DNA from: an uncultured Bdellovibrionales bacterium | Lineage (GTDB): Bacteria > Patescibacteriota > Minisyncoccia > Moranbacterales > UBA2206 | Direction of reading: 5' to 3' | Length of the DNA stretch: 64,000 bases | Assembly: GCA_964538685.1 (NCBI GenBank) | Contig: CAZIFD010000001.1 | Span: forward strand, 13,221-77,220 | Part shown: piece by piece, positions 21,121 to 30,373 of the stretch | Layout: every line of letters begins with the position of its first letter | Numbering within the stretch: the stretch's first letter is position 1 | Made by a program: the position numbers and the translations under genes | The notes under the pieces: model-generated | Told to the model about the DNA's origin: nothing | Seen by the model: the letters and a program-made list of their open reading frames with translations, nothing else | The model's database searches: none

Positions 21121-23367
21121 ATGGCCAAAACAAAAATCGGGGGAAAGAAAAAAAAGACTCAAAAAAAAGTTGTAAAGGCGGGCGGAAAAGGGATAGTTAA
21201 AAAAGCGATTAAAAAAAAGGGTTTTCAAAATAAGATTAAAAAAATTATCAAAAGAAGTGGCGACACGGTAGCTTTTGAAAAAGGAAAAATTGAAAAGGCG
21301 ATCCAGAAAGCTTTTCAAGCAACTGGTGAAGGTAGTCAAAAAGATGCTAGGGAGGTGGCGGACAAAGTAGTGCGTTTGCTGAACAAGAATTACAAGCTGG
21401 GATACATTCCTCAAATTGAGGAGCTTCAAGATATGACAGAAAAGGTTTTGATGACTTTGGATTTTGATGAAACCGCCAAAGCTTATATTCTGTATCGCGA
21501 ACAGCATCGAAAAATGCGGGAAGCCGAAGAGTCGCTTGATGAAGCTGTGTCTTTGGTAGACAAATATATTGAAGAAATTGATTGGAAAGTTAAGGAAAAT
21601 GCCAATATGGCTTATTCTTTGCAAGGACTTAACAACTATATTTCATCTATTGTCAGTTCAAAATATTGGATGAATCGGGTTTATACTCCGGAAATAAAAA
21701 AGGCTCACGAAAACGGAGATTTTCATATTCATGACCTTCAGCTTGTGGCGGCTTATTGTTGCGGTTGGGATCTTCAGGATTTATTAAGAAGAGGTTTTAC
21801 TGGAGTGGCGGGAAAGGTGTCATGTAAGCCGGCTAAGCATTTCGGTTCAGCTTTGGGACAAATGGTCAATTTCATCTACACGCTTCAAGGAGAGGTGGCC
21901 GGAGCGCAAGCCTTTTCCAATTTTGACACTCTGCTTGCTCCATTGGTCAGATATGATCAATTGTCTTACGAAAAAGTAAAGCAAGAAATTCAATCTTTTG
22001 TTTTTAATATGAATGTTTCCACCCGAGTTGGTTTTCAAACGCCCTTTTCCAATATTACGATGGATATTGTGGCTCCCAAAACATTGGCCAAAGAAGCGGT
22101 GGTTGTTGGTGGCGTTCCTCAAAAAGAAACTTACGGTGATTTTCAAGAAGAAATGAATATGATCAATAAGGCTTTTGCGGAAGTAATGAGTGAGGGAGAT
22201 GCCAATGGAAGAATTTTCACTTTTCCCATTCCAACCTACAATATTGGAAAAGATTTTGATTGGAAAGATGATCGTTTTGATCCGATTTGGGAAATGACTG
22301 CTAAATACGGCATTCCTTATTTTGCTAATTTTGTGAATTCGGATATGGATCCGGAAGACGCTCGTTCAATGTGTTGTCGGTTGAGGTTGGATAACCGAGA
22401 GCTTCATAAGCGAGGAGGCGGACTTTTTGGAGCTAATCCGCTAACCGGTTCTATTGGGGTTGTGACTATTAATCTTCCGCGTTTAGGGCACACTTCCAAA
22501 GACAAGAAAGAATTTTTGAAAAAGCTGAATCATCTGATGGATTTGGCTAAGGAAAGTTTGGAAACGAAAAGAAAAATGGTGGAAGGGCTTACTGATAAAG
22601 GGCTTTATCCTTACACTAAATTTTATTTAGATGCAATCAAAATGAGGCGAGGAGAATATTGGGCGAATCATTTTTCCACTATTGGTTTGGTTGGAATGAA
22701 TGAGGCTTTGCTTAATTTGATTGGGAAGGATATTACCACGAAAGTTGGACAAAAATTAGCTGAAGAAATCTTGACTCATATGCGAGAAAGAATCATTGGC
22801 TATCAAGAAGAAACCGGAAATTTATTTAATCTAGAAGCAACACCCGCTGAAGGAACGGCTTATCGTTTAGCTAAAGCGGATAGAGAAAAATATCCTAAGA
22901 TTATTTTTGCCAACAATGAATCAGTGCTTGAAGGAGCAGAACCATATTATACCAATTCTTCGCAACTCCCGGTTTCTTTTACTGAAGATATTTTTGAAGC
23001 GCTGGATCTTCAAGATAAATTGCAAACCAAATATACCGGAGGAACAGTTCTTCATGGATTTTTGGGGGAAAGAATTTGGGACACGGAAACTACCAAAAAA
23101 TTAATAAGAAAAATTGCCGAAAATTATGCGCTTCCGTATTTTACTCTCACACCAACTTTTAGTATTTGTCCGGTGCATGGTTATTTAGTAGGAGAGCATA
23201 TCACTTGCCCCAAGTGTGTTGTTGAACAAAAAACCGAAGTTTATTCTCGCGTAGTTGGATATATTCGTCCAGTAGAACAATGGAACAAAGGAAAGAAAAC
23301 GGAATTTGGCGATAGAAAGACCTTTTTAGTCAAAGAAGGAGTAAAAGCAACTAAGGGCAAAAAATAA
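21121..23367 (+). CDS. nrdD: anaerobic ribonucleoside-triphosphate reductase (class III RNR) NrdD, with N-terminal ATP-cone, C-terminal Zn-ribbon and glycyl-radical loop
   Basis: ATP-cone IIKRSGDTVAFEKGKIEKAIQKAF. C-terminus CPVHGYLVGEHITCPKC...TEVYSRVVGYIRPV (glycyl radical motif RVxGY). Confidence 0.9.
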   Translation: MAKTKIGGKKKKTQKKVVKAGGKGIVKKAIKKKGFQNKIKKIIKRSGDTVAFEKGKIEKAIQKAFQATGEGSQKDAREVADKVVRLLNKNYKLGYIPQIEELQDMTEKVLMTLDFDETAKAYILYREQHRKMREAEESLDEAVSLVDKYIEEIDWKVKENANMAYSLQGLNNYISSIVSSKYWMNRVYTPEIKKAHENGDFHIHDLQLVAAYCCGWDLQDLLRRGFTGVAGKVSCKPAKHFGSALGQMVNFIYTLQGEVAGAQAFSNFDTLLAPLVRYDQLSYEKVKQEIQSFVFNMNVSTRVGFQTPFSNITMDIVAPKTLAKEAVVVGGVPQKETYGDFQEEMNMINKAFAEVMSEGDANGRIFTFPIPTYNIGKDFDWKDDRFDPIWEMTAKYGIPYFANFVNSDMDPEDARSMCCRLRLDNRELHKRGGGLFGANPLTGSIGVVTINLPRLGHTSKDKKEFLKKLNHLMDLAKESLETKRKMVEGLTDKGLYPYTKFYLDAIKMRRGEYWANHFSTIGLVGMNEALLNLIGKDITTKVGQKLAEEILTHMRERIIGYQEETGNLFNLEATPAEGTAYRLAKADREKYPKIIFANNESVLEGAEPYYTNSSQLPVSFTEDIFEALDLQDKLQTKYTGGTVLHGFLGERIWDTETTKKLIRKIAENYALPYFTLTPTFSICPVHGYLVGEHITCPKCVVEQKTEVYSRVVGYIRPVEQWNKGKKTEFGDRKTFLVKEGVKATKGKK

Positions 23368-23416
23368 ATTTTTTTCTGTCATTCACATATTATTAATAAA
23401 AAACTAACACAAAAAA

Positions 23417-23683
23417 ATGAAAAATGAAAAAATAGTTTGTCATGATTGCGGAAAAGTTTTGAAACACAATGAAGAGTTTATGGCCTATGAATTTGAAGGA
23501 AGAAGTTATGCCAAATGCAAAGCTTGTCATCAAACTGATCCAATGCTTCGAAATGTCAGAAAAACCGAAGTTTATTCTCGCGTAGTCGGCTATATTCGTC
23601 CAGTAGAACAATGGAACAAAGGAAAGAAAACGGAATTTGGCGATAGACAAGTTTTTTCTCTTGGTGAGCCGGCTTGTTGCTAG
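23417..23683 (+). CDS. autonomous mini glycyl-radical protein: Zn-ribbon (CHDC...CKAC) + exact copy of the NrdD glycyl-radical C-terminus (GrcA/YfiD-like spare part for NrdD)
   Basis: 88 aa. Residues ~57-85, TEVYSRVVGYIRPVEQWNKGKKTEFGDR, are identical to the NrdD C-terminus. The underlying ~87-bp DNA (23561-23647) is near-identical to 23230-23326. Confidence 0.6.
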   Translation: MKNEKIVCHDCGKVLKHNEEFMAYEFEGRSYAKCKACHQTDPMLRNVRKTEVYSRVVGYIRPVEQWNKGKKTEFGDRQVFSLGEPACC

Positions 23684-23745
23684 AAAAATTTGAAAAAGAT
23701 GGTGGGGCAATCTTATTTCTGATAAGATTGCCCTGATTTAAAGCT

Positions 23746-24438
23746 ATGAATATTGGAGGTTTTCAAAAATTAACACTGATTGATTATCCGGGAAGATTGG
23801 CCACAACCGTTTTTACGATTGGTTGCAGTTTTCGTTGTCCTTTTTGCCATAATCCGGAATTAATTGGTTTTAATCCGAATCACAACAATCAAGCGGAAGA
23901 AAATTTTTTTAAATTTCTGAAATCCAGAAAAGGAAAAATAGAAGGAGTGTGCATCACTGGCGGAGAACCAACCGTGCAAAACGATTTGATTGAATTTATT
24001 AGAAAAATTAGAAAATTGGGATTTTTTGTGAAACTGGATACCAACGGAACGCGTCCGGATGTTCTCAGAAAACTTTTTCAAGAAAATTTATTGGATTTTG
24101 TGGCGATGGATATTAAAAATTATCTTGAAAAATACGAAAAAACCGTGGGAACTAAGGTTGATTTGGGAAGAATAAAGCTTAGCGTTGAATTGATTAGAAA
24201 TAGTGGGGTAAATTATGAATTTAGAACCACGGTCGTTCCGGGACTGCACACTATCTCTGATTTTACGCGAATTGCGGAGTGGATCGGTGGTTCCAAAGCT
24301 TATTATCTTCAGGAATATCGGGAGGGAAAAATTCTTGACCAAAATCTCAAGAAAAAAACTCGGGGAAAATCAATTGATTTGGAAGAAATAAAAGCAAAAA
24401 TTGAGAAAAATTTTGATAAAATGGGTATTAGAAAATAA
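23746..24438 (+). CDS. nrdG: anaerobic RNR activating enzyme (radical SAM)
   Basis: CSFRCPFCHN (CxxxCxxC) radical-SAM motif, GGEPT; 230 aa. Confidence 0.85.
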   Translation: MNIGGFQKLTLIDYPGRLATTVFTIGCSFRCPFCHNPELIGFNPNHNNQAEENFFKFLKSRKGKIEGVCITGGEPTVQNDLIEFIRKIRKLGFFVKLDTNGTRPDVLRKLFQENLLDFVAMDIKNYLEKYEKTVGTKVDLGRIKLSVELIRNSGVNYEFRTTVVPGLHTISDFTRIAEWIGGSKAYYLQEYREGKILDQNLKKKTRGKSIDLEEIKAKIEKNFDKMGIRK

Positions 24439-24443
24439 GAATA

Positions 24444-24665
24444 ATGCGAATTTATATTAAAGTCATTCCTCGTTCTTCAGAAATAAAAGTGGAAAAATTT
24501 TCCGAGGGAGAATATCGGATAAAACTCACAGCTCCGCCGGTTGAAGGAGAGGCAAACAAACAATTGATGGATGTTTTAGCCAAGCATTTTGGTGTTTCTA
24601 AATCGCAAATTGCGATTGTCGGCGGGAAAAGCACTCGGACAAAAATAGTGGACATATTAAAATAA
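24444..24665 (+). CDS. DUF167/YggU-family small protein
   Basis: IKVIPRSSEIKVEKFSEGEYRIKLTAPPVEGEANKQL...FGVSKSQIAIVGGKSTRTKIV, typical of UPF0235. Confidence 0.65.
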   Translation: MRIYIKVIPRSSEIKVEKFSEGEYRIKLTAPPVEGEANKQLMDVLAKHFGVSKSQIAIVGGKSTRTKIVDILK

Positions 24666-24693
24666 TTTTTTAGCTTAAATTTTTCCAAGGAGG

Positions 24694-26160
24694 GTGGAAA
24701 CTTTGACTAAATCCAAAATTTTTATTTGGTGGGTTTTATTTTTTCTGGGAGGAGTTTCTCTGGTGTCTTTTTGCTATCCGAAAAAAATCAGTTCTATTTT
24801 TTTGGGAATTATTTTTATTTTCAGCTTAATTCTGATTTGTGTTTTTTGGGATAAAAAAAGAATAGTTTTTGGAGGTCTTGGATTTTGGTTTTTTTTGATT
24901 GGAATTATTATTTTCAATCAATCAGTTTCTGAGATCCAAAAATTCAACCAAGAAAAAGAGTTTTCCGGAGAAGTTAGAATTGTTAGAGAACCGGAAAACA
25001 AAAACGAAAAAAAGAGAATTGTGGCGGAAAGCGAAGACAATTTTCGGATTTTTATTTTTGAAAATCAATATTCCAATTATTCCTATGGTCAAATTTTGAA
25101 ATTGGATTGTCAATTGGAAATTCCTGAAAATCAAAAGGATAGTCGGTTTGATTACCGGATGTATTTAGCTAAAGATAAAATTTTTTATCTTTGTCAAAAA
25201 CCGAAAATAGAAATCATTTCCCAGGGGCAAGGAAAATTTTTGTATGCGACCTTAATAAAAATTAAAAATAAATTAGGAGAAAAAATTGAAAAAAGCCTTC
25301 CTTATCCTGAATCCGGATTGCTTTTTGGCCTTCTTTTGGGAGGTGATTCAAAAGTTTCCAAAAATCTTAAAGAGGATTTTTCTCGGACAGGACTGAGTCA
25401 TATTGTGGCTGTCTCCGGTTATAATGTGGCGATTATTGCTGATTATTTGATGGTAGTGGGAATATTTTTTGGGCTTTGGAGACAACAAGCTTTTTGGCTT
25501 GCAATTTTGGGGATAACGCTTTTTGTTTTGCTGATTGGCTTTCCGTCCAGTGCTGTCCGGGCTGGAGTGATGGGTGGGCTGTTGCTTTTGGCGATGAAAG
25601 AGGGGCGAATAGCCAATTCAAAAAACGCTATTCTTTTTTCGGCCGCTGTTATGTTGGCTTTCAATCCATTGCTTCTTCGCTACGATGTTGGTTTTCAACT
25701 TTCATTTTTAGCGACTTTGGGAATCGTTTACTTTTATCCGATTTTGGATGAATATCTCATCAAAAAACAGAAGCATTGGAATTTTGTCGGAGAACTGTTG
25801 GGCTTGACTTTGGCGGCTCAAATTTTTGTTTTTCCAATAATTTTCTATAATTTTGAAAGTTTATCTTTGGTTTCTCCGCTGGCTAATTTATTAATTTTAC
25901 CCATCATTCCGCTCACGATGCTTTTTGGATTTTTCTTGATTGTTTTTGGTTTGGTTTTTCCTCCGCTGGCAACCGTTTTTTCTTGGTTGGCATTTTTGCC
26001 ACTAAAATATGAAACTTTAATCATTCGCTGGCTTTCCGGTTTTCAGTGGGCTTCAGTCAAAGTATCCTTTTCCTTTTGGGGAATTATTATTTGGTACTTG
26101 GTTCTAAGCGTTTTCTTTTTTATAATTAACAAAAAAACAAAATGGTTAAAAGAAAAATAA
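24694..26160 (+). CDS. comEC: ComEC/Rec2 competence channel, membrane domain (DUF4131 + Competence); GTG start with AAGGAGG RBS
   Basis: LSHIVAVSGYNVAIIADYLM, multiple TM helices. Ends 3 bp after an A7 run where a +1 nt change fuses it to the following MBL-domain ORF. Confidence 0.8.
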   Translation: METLTKSKIFIWWVLFFLGGVSLVSFCYPKKISSIFLGIIFIFSLILICVFWDKKRIVFGGLGFWFFLIGIIIFNQSVSEIQKFNQEKEFSGEVRIVREPENKNEKKRIVAESEDNFRIFIFENQYSNYSYGQILKLDCQLEIPENQKDSRFDYRMYLAKDKIFYLCQKPKIEIISQGQGKFLYATLIKIKNKLGEKIEKSLPYPESGLLFGLLLGGDSKVSKNLKEDFSRTGLSHIVAVSGYNVAIIADYLMVVGIFFGLWRQQAFWLAILGITLFVLLIGFPSSAVRAGVMGGLLLLAMKEGRIANSKNAILFSAAVMLAFNPLLLRYDVGFQLSFLATLGIVYFYPILDEYLIKKQKHWNFVGELLGLTLAAQIFVFPIIFYNFESLSLVSPLANLLILPIIPLTMLFGFFLIVFGLVFPPLATVFSWLAFLPLKYETLIIRWLSGFQWASVKVSFSFWGIIIWYLVLSVFFFIINKKTKWLKEK

Positions 26161-27002
26161 TTTATGTAATCGTGGCAAGTCTTCTGATATTTGCCTCAAT
26201 TTTGGGGGCGAGGATAATTTTTGAAAAAAATCAAAAACTTGAAATAAATTTTCTGGATGTGGGGCAGGGTGATGCTATCTTGATCTCTCGGGGGGACAAT
26301 CAAATTTTGATTGATGGCGGACCAAGTGGCGAAGTGGTTTTGGAAAAGCTGGGAAAAATAATTCCCTTTTGGGACCGGAAAATAGAAGTGGTCATAGCCA
26401 CTCATCCGGACGCCGATCACATTAGCGGATTAGTAGATGTGCTTGAGCGATACGAAACTGATTTGATTTTGGAGTCGGGCATTGAAAGTGACAGTCAAGT
26501 TTTTCAAAAGTTGAAAGAAATAATTTCTCACAACAATTTTCGCCGAGAATTAGGAAGAGAAGGAATGAAAGTGCGAATTGGCGAAGAAGCGGAATTAGAA
26601 ATTCTGAGTCCCTTTGTTGATTTTCAAGGAGGGAAAAGCAAGGACACCAATTCCAACGGAATCGTTTCCAAATTAACCTTTGGAAAAAACAAATTTCTTC
26701 TGATGGCGGATGTTCCGGAAGAAAAAGAAAGGGAAATTATGGAAAAAGGAAAAAATATTGAAGCTCAAATTTTGAAAGTCGGTCATCATGGATCAAAAAA
26801 TTCCAGTGGGCAAGATTTTTTGAAAAAAGTCGGCGCCAAAGACGCTGTTATTTCGGTGGGTAAAACTAATCGTTATGGACATCCCAGTCAAGAAGCGTTA
26901 GATCGTTTGCAAGCGGAAAAAATGAATATTTTTCGGACAGATGAAATGGGAGATATTGTTTTTGTCTGTCAAAATTCCGAAGAAGATTGCGAATTGCAAT
27001 AG
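26142..27002 (+). CDS. ComEC C-terminal metallo-beta-lactamase-fold domain protein (separate ORF or frameshifted continuation of comEC)
   Basis: LDVGQGDAILI, ATHPDADHISGL, KVGHHGSKNSS; N-terminal hydrophobic anchor. Confidence 0.8.
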   Translation: MVKRKIIYVIVASLLIFASILGARIIFEKNQKLEINFLDVGQGDAILISRGDNQILIDGGPSGEVVLEKLGKIIPFWDRKIEVVIATHPDADHISGLVDVLERYETDLILESGIESDSQVFQKLKEIISHNNFRRELGREGMKVRIGEEAELEILSPFVDFQGGKSKDTNSNGIVSKLTFGKNKFLLMADVPEEKEREIMEKGKNIEAQILKVGHHGSKNSSGQDFLKKVGAKDAVISVGKTNRYGHPSQEALDRLQAEKMNIFRTDEMGDIVFVCQNSEEDCELQ

Positions 27003-27065
27003 AAATTTGCCCGGAAAAAAAGTTTGTGCTAGTTTTGAATAGTAAACAATAAATACATCAAAATA

Positions 27066-27668
27066 ATGGAAAATTCCAAAAGAGAAAGATCGTTTGTGTT
27101 AGTGAAGCCGGACGGAGTGCAGAGATCACTTGTCGGAGAAATTATCAAAAGAATTGAAAGAACCGGACTCAAGCTTTCGGCTGTTAAAATGTTAGTTCCC
27201 AATGAAGATCAATGCTGGAAGCATTACAACAAAGACGACGCTTGGTTTTTGGAAAAAGGAACCAAAACATTGGAGACAAGAAAGGCCAAAGGATTGGCGA
27301 TTGAAAAAGAGGCGATTGAATATGGAAAAGATATTATGCGAGGAAATGTTAGTTTTTTAACTGCCGGTCCGATTGTAGCAATGGTTTGGGAAGGTAATCA
27401 GGCTGTTGGTGTGATTAAAAAAATTGTTGGAGGAACTGAACCCCTAACCTCTGATGTTGGAACTATCCGAGGAGATCTAACCATTGATTCTTATGAGCTT
27501 TCCAATATTGACGGTCGTGCGGTCCGCAATCTAATTCATTGCTCGGATGAACCAAGTGAAGCAGAAAGAGAAATTAATTTGTGGTTTGATAAGAGTGAGA
27601 TTATTGATTATCGCTTGATTGGAGAAGCTATTCTCTACGATGTAAACTTGGACGGAATTTTGGAATAG
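27066..27668 (+). CDS. ndk: nucleoside diphosphate kinase (long form with ~40-aa insertion)
   Basis: VLVKPDGVQRSLVGEIIKRIERTGLKL ... NLIHCSD. Confidence 0.8.
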   Translation: MENSKRERSFVLVKPDGVQRSLVGEIIKRIERTGLKLSAVKMLVPNEDQCWKHYNKDDAWFLEKGTKTLETRKAKGLAIEKEAIEYGKDIMRGNVSFLTAGPIVAMVWEGNQAVGVIKKIVGGTEPLTSDVGTIRGDLTIDSYELSNIDGRAVRNLIHCSDEPSEAEREINLWFDKSEIIDYRLIGEAILYDVNLDGILE

Positions 27669-27931
27669 CAAATTTTATTTCACAAAAAGCCTTGCCGGAA
27701 CGCGAGGCTTTTTTTGTGGATAACTTTTCCTTGACGGGATTTCTTTTTCAATTAGAATGTAAATGTTATGCAAAATAATTCAATGAAAAACTTGCTAGAG
27801 ATTATTCTAGTCCTCATTATCAAGGACGGTTTTTCGCTGGGCAAGTCTAGAGCATAACAAATAACTTTAGAGAGGCCACCCCGGCGAAAGCCGAGGGTTT
27901 TTTGTTTTTTGACAATTTAAAGGAGAAAAAA

Positions 27932-28132
27932 ATGAATAAATTTGGAGTATTTATTTTCGGCTGGGGGACGCTAAGGCCAAATGGCGTTATATTAACCGAA
28001 AAGGATTTGGAAAGAGAATTAAAAGAAATAGGAAGGGTTATTCATCTTCCAGGGAAAATGGAAGATGAACAAAGCGGGAAAATACAATTGAAAGGAGGCA
28101 ATACTGTTCATTATATGATTTTCAGGTTATAA
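27932..28132 (+). CDS. small ORF (66 aa) behind leader-terminator + AAAGGAG RBS module (cassette 1)
   Basis: MNKFGVFIFGWGTLRPNG...KIQLKGGNTVHYMIFRL. RBS aaaggag, followed by the terminator ggcggggagccaaaaatggtcccgcc+T. Confidence 0.3.
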   Translation: MNKFGVFIFGWGTLRPNGVILTEKDLERELKEIGRVIHLPGKMEDEQSGKIQLKGGNTVHYMIFRL

Positions 28133-28399
28133 AAAGGCGGGGAGCCAAAAATGGTCCCGCCTTTTTTCCTGTCTGAAAATTTTCTTTTCTGTCAGCAAGT
28201 CTTGACATATTTTTATTGATCATTTATAGTTCCAATATGCAAAACAAACAACTAACAACTCGCTTTTGGTTTTATTTTACCAACAAAGAGTCGGTTGATT
28301 TGCGCGCAGTCTAAAAAGGACCAAAAAAGAAGCAAAACACCCGACTCAAGTCAAAGAGTCGGTTTTTTGTTTTTTGACAACTTAAAGGAGGAAAAAATA

Positions 28400-28588
28400 A
28401 TGAGAAAAAAAGGGTGTTTTTTCGTTTCAAGTCCTGCACCTCGTCGAGGTGCAGAGGTGGACGCAAAATCAGAAAAAAATAAAGAAGCGAACAATAATAA
28501 AAAGGGAGGGGAGAATGACACTCCCCCCATGAGTCCTTTGAGTCCTTATTGGAGCAACTCAGAGGGGGAGCCTCCCCCTCGGCAGTAG
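28400..28588 (+). CDS. small ORF (62 aa, low complexity, Pro-rich) behind the duplicated module (cassette 2); region may instead be a structured RNA
   Basis: RBS aaaggagg, ATG at 28400. The coding region contains four perfect GC-rich hairpins, which argues for RNA structure. Confidence 0.2.
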   Translation: MRKKGCFFVSSPAPRRGAEVDAKSEKNKEANNNKKGGENDTPPMSPLSPYWSNSEGEPPPRQ

Positions 28589-28680
28589 CTCAAAGCCCGG
28601 ATTCCCAGCGTGGAATCCGGGCGAAATTTTTTTCTGACGACAAAAAACCGCCCCAAGGGCGGATTTTTTTGAAAGTTTTT

Positions 28681-28857
28681 TTATTCTTTCACTTTGGAAA
28701 TAGTTTTGAGGCACTTGGTGCAGATCTTTTTCTTTTCTCCCTCAACTTTTTTCACTTGAAGATTGATCTGAAATTTTCTAAGGGTGGCAACATTGGAATG
28801 ACTTCTTTTGTTTCCGGTTTGAGATCCGCGTCCGCACATATCACATACTCTGCTCAT
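28681..28857 (-). CDS. rpmB: 50S ribosomal protein L28
   Basis: MSRVCDMCGRGSQTGNKRSHSNVATLRKFQINLQ. The true start is the internal Met of the tool ORF 28681-28944. Confidence 0.8.
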   Translation of the reverse strand: MSRVCDMCGRGSQTGNKRSHSNVATLRKFQINLQVKKVEGEKKKICTKCLKTISKVKE

Positions 28858-28936
28858 ATTTTTATAAAGTTTAAAATATTGCTTATTAACGAAATTTAGT
28901 GTATCATAGTTCCATAAATAAAGCAAGTATTCGTTT

Positions 28937-29626
28937 ATGCTCAATGAAATAATTCTTATTGTTTTTTATTTCACCATTTTTTTGTATTCGGTGATTATTC
29001 ACGAAGTAGCACATGGAGTTTCAGCTTTTTGGCAAGGTGATCCAACTGCCAAATATGCCGGTCGGCTCAATCTCAATCCTTGGAAACATATTGATCTTTG
29101 GGGATCAATTATTGTGCCGATTTTGATGTTTGTATCTTTGGGTTTTGCTTTTGGTTGGGCTAAACCGGTGCCGTACAATCCTTATAATCTTAAAAATCAA
29201 AAATGGGGTCCGGCCTTGGTGGCTTTGTCCGGTCCGGGATCAAATATTATCTTAGCTTTGATTTCTGCCATAATTGCCGGACTCATCAATATTCCTTTGG
29301 CAATGAAACAATCAATTATTGCTAATTTTTCCGATATGGAAGCGGTAGCTTCATTGATTCACGGCTCAGTCGGAGCGATTTTTTTTGAATTACTTATAGT
29401 GATTATTTTTTGGAATGTTCTTTTGGCTTTTTTTAATTTAATTCCTATTCCGCCACTTGACGGTTCCAAATTAATTTTTGCTCTTCTTCCAATTAAAAAC
29501 GAAACAGTGGCGATGATGGAACAATTTGGATTTATCTTCCTTTTGATTTTTATTATGTTTTTTTCCGGACCATTGAGTTATTTTCTAAATTTGATGTTGG
29601 GAATATTTTTAGGAATGACCTACTGA
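28937..29626 (+). CDS. M50-family (site-2 protease-like) membrane metalloprotease
   Basis: HEVAHG (HExxH) in the first TM; NLIPIPPLDGSKL (LDG motif). Confidence 0.7.
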   Translation: MLNEIILIVFYFTIFLYSVIIHEVAHGVSAFWQGDPTAKYAGRLNLNPWKHIDLWGSIIVPILMFVSLGFAFGWAKPVPYNPYNLKNQKWGPALVALSGPGSNIILALISAIIAGLINIPLAMKQSIIANFSDMEAVASLIHGSVGAIFFELLIVIIFWNVLLAFFNLIPIPPLDGSKLIFALLPIKNETVAMMEQFGFIFLLIFIMFFSGPLSYFLNLMLGIFLGMTY

Positions 29627-29848
29627 AAATACGAGCCTGATTTTTGTTCGGAGCGATTAGTTGACAATTATGTCTATTTCCCTTATGATTGTTTTACTGG
29701 CTAAAAAAGTCCAGTTTTAGTTTATTTGCGAATTTGAGCCTGATTTCGTACCGATTCCGAAAATTTTTATGAGTTGCTCGGAGTGGTTTTCCATGGCTGG
29801 CGAATCAAGGTTTGGAGTCCGAATTTTAAATTATTTTTTTTATTTTCT

Positions 29849-30265
29849 ATGCCTACAATAAATCAGCTTAAGAGAAAACCAAGAAAAACTGTCAAAAAGA
29901 AGACGAAGACGCCGGCTTTTAAACATGTTTTCAATACCATTCAAAATAAACCGATTGATACTGACGGTCCTTTCAAGCGAGGAGTTTGCGTGAAAGTGGG
30001 AACCACTACTCCGAAAAAACCAAACTCGGCTCTTAGAAAAATTGCTAGAGTCAAACTTACTAATGGAATGGAAGTTACTGCTTACATTCCGGGAGTAGGA
30101 CACAATTTACAAGAACATTCCATTGTTATGATTCGCGGAGGAAGAGTGAAAGATCTCCCGGGTGTGAGATATCACATTGTCCGAGGAGTTTTGGACACAG
30201 CCGGAACAGCTAATAGGAAACAAGGAAGAAGCAAATATGGAGCCAAAAAAGACAAGGCTAAATAA
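29849..30265 (+). CDS. rpsL: 30S ribosomal protein S12
   Basis: [13 protein letters not shown]...[59 protein letters not shown]. Confidence 0.9.
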   Translation: MPTINQLKRKPRKTVKKKTKTPAFKHVFNTIQNKPIDTDGPFKRGVCVKVGTTTPKKPNSALRKIARVKLTNGMEVTAYIPGVGHNLQEHSIVMIRGGRVKDLPGVRYHIVRGVLDTAGTANRKQGRSKYGAKKDKAK

Positions 30266-30373
30266 ATAGGCTTTTATCCGAATAATACTTAAAAAATTAA
30301 AAATTTTTACGAATCAAAAGTTGAAAAAATAAACTGTACTGAATTTTGACTTTTGCATTTTTGTTTAATTTAT

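Noticed and set aside
21109-21624. Minus-strand 171-aa ORF antisense to the start of nrdD, and similar antisense ORFs (15973-16596, 51584-52258, 42415-42927, 47241-47699, 32173-32601)
   Set aside because: Each is fully embedded antisense in a strongly conserved + strand gene, is low complexity (Phe/Leu/Ser-rich as expected from antisense of an AT-rich Lys/Glu-rich frame), and has no motifs.
28295-28588. Full-length 97-aa version of ORF 28295-28588
   Set aside because: Its first third runs through a terminator hairpin and the promoter/RBS module. Only the part from ATG 28400, behind the RBS, is plausible, and even that may be RNA structure rather than coding.
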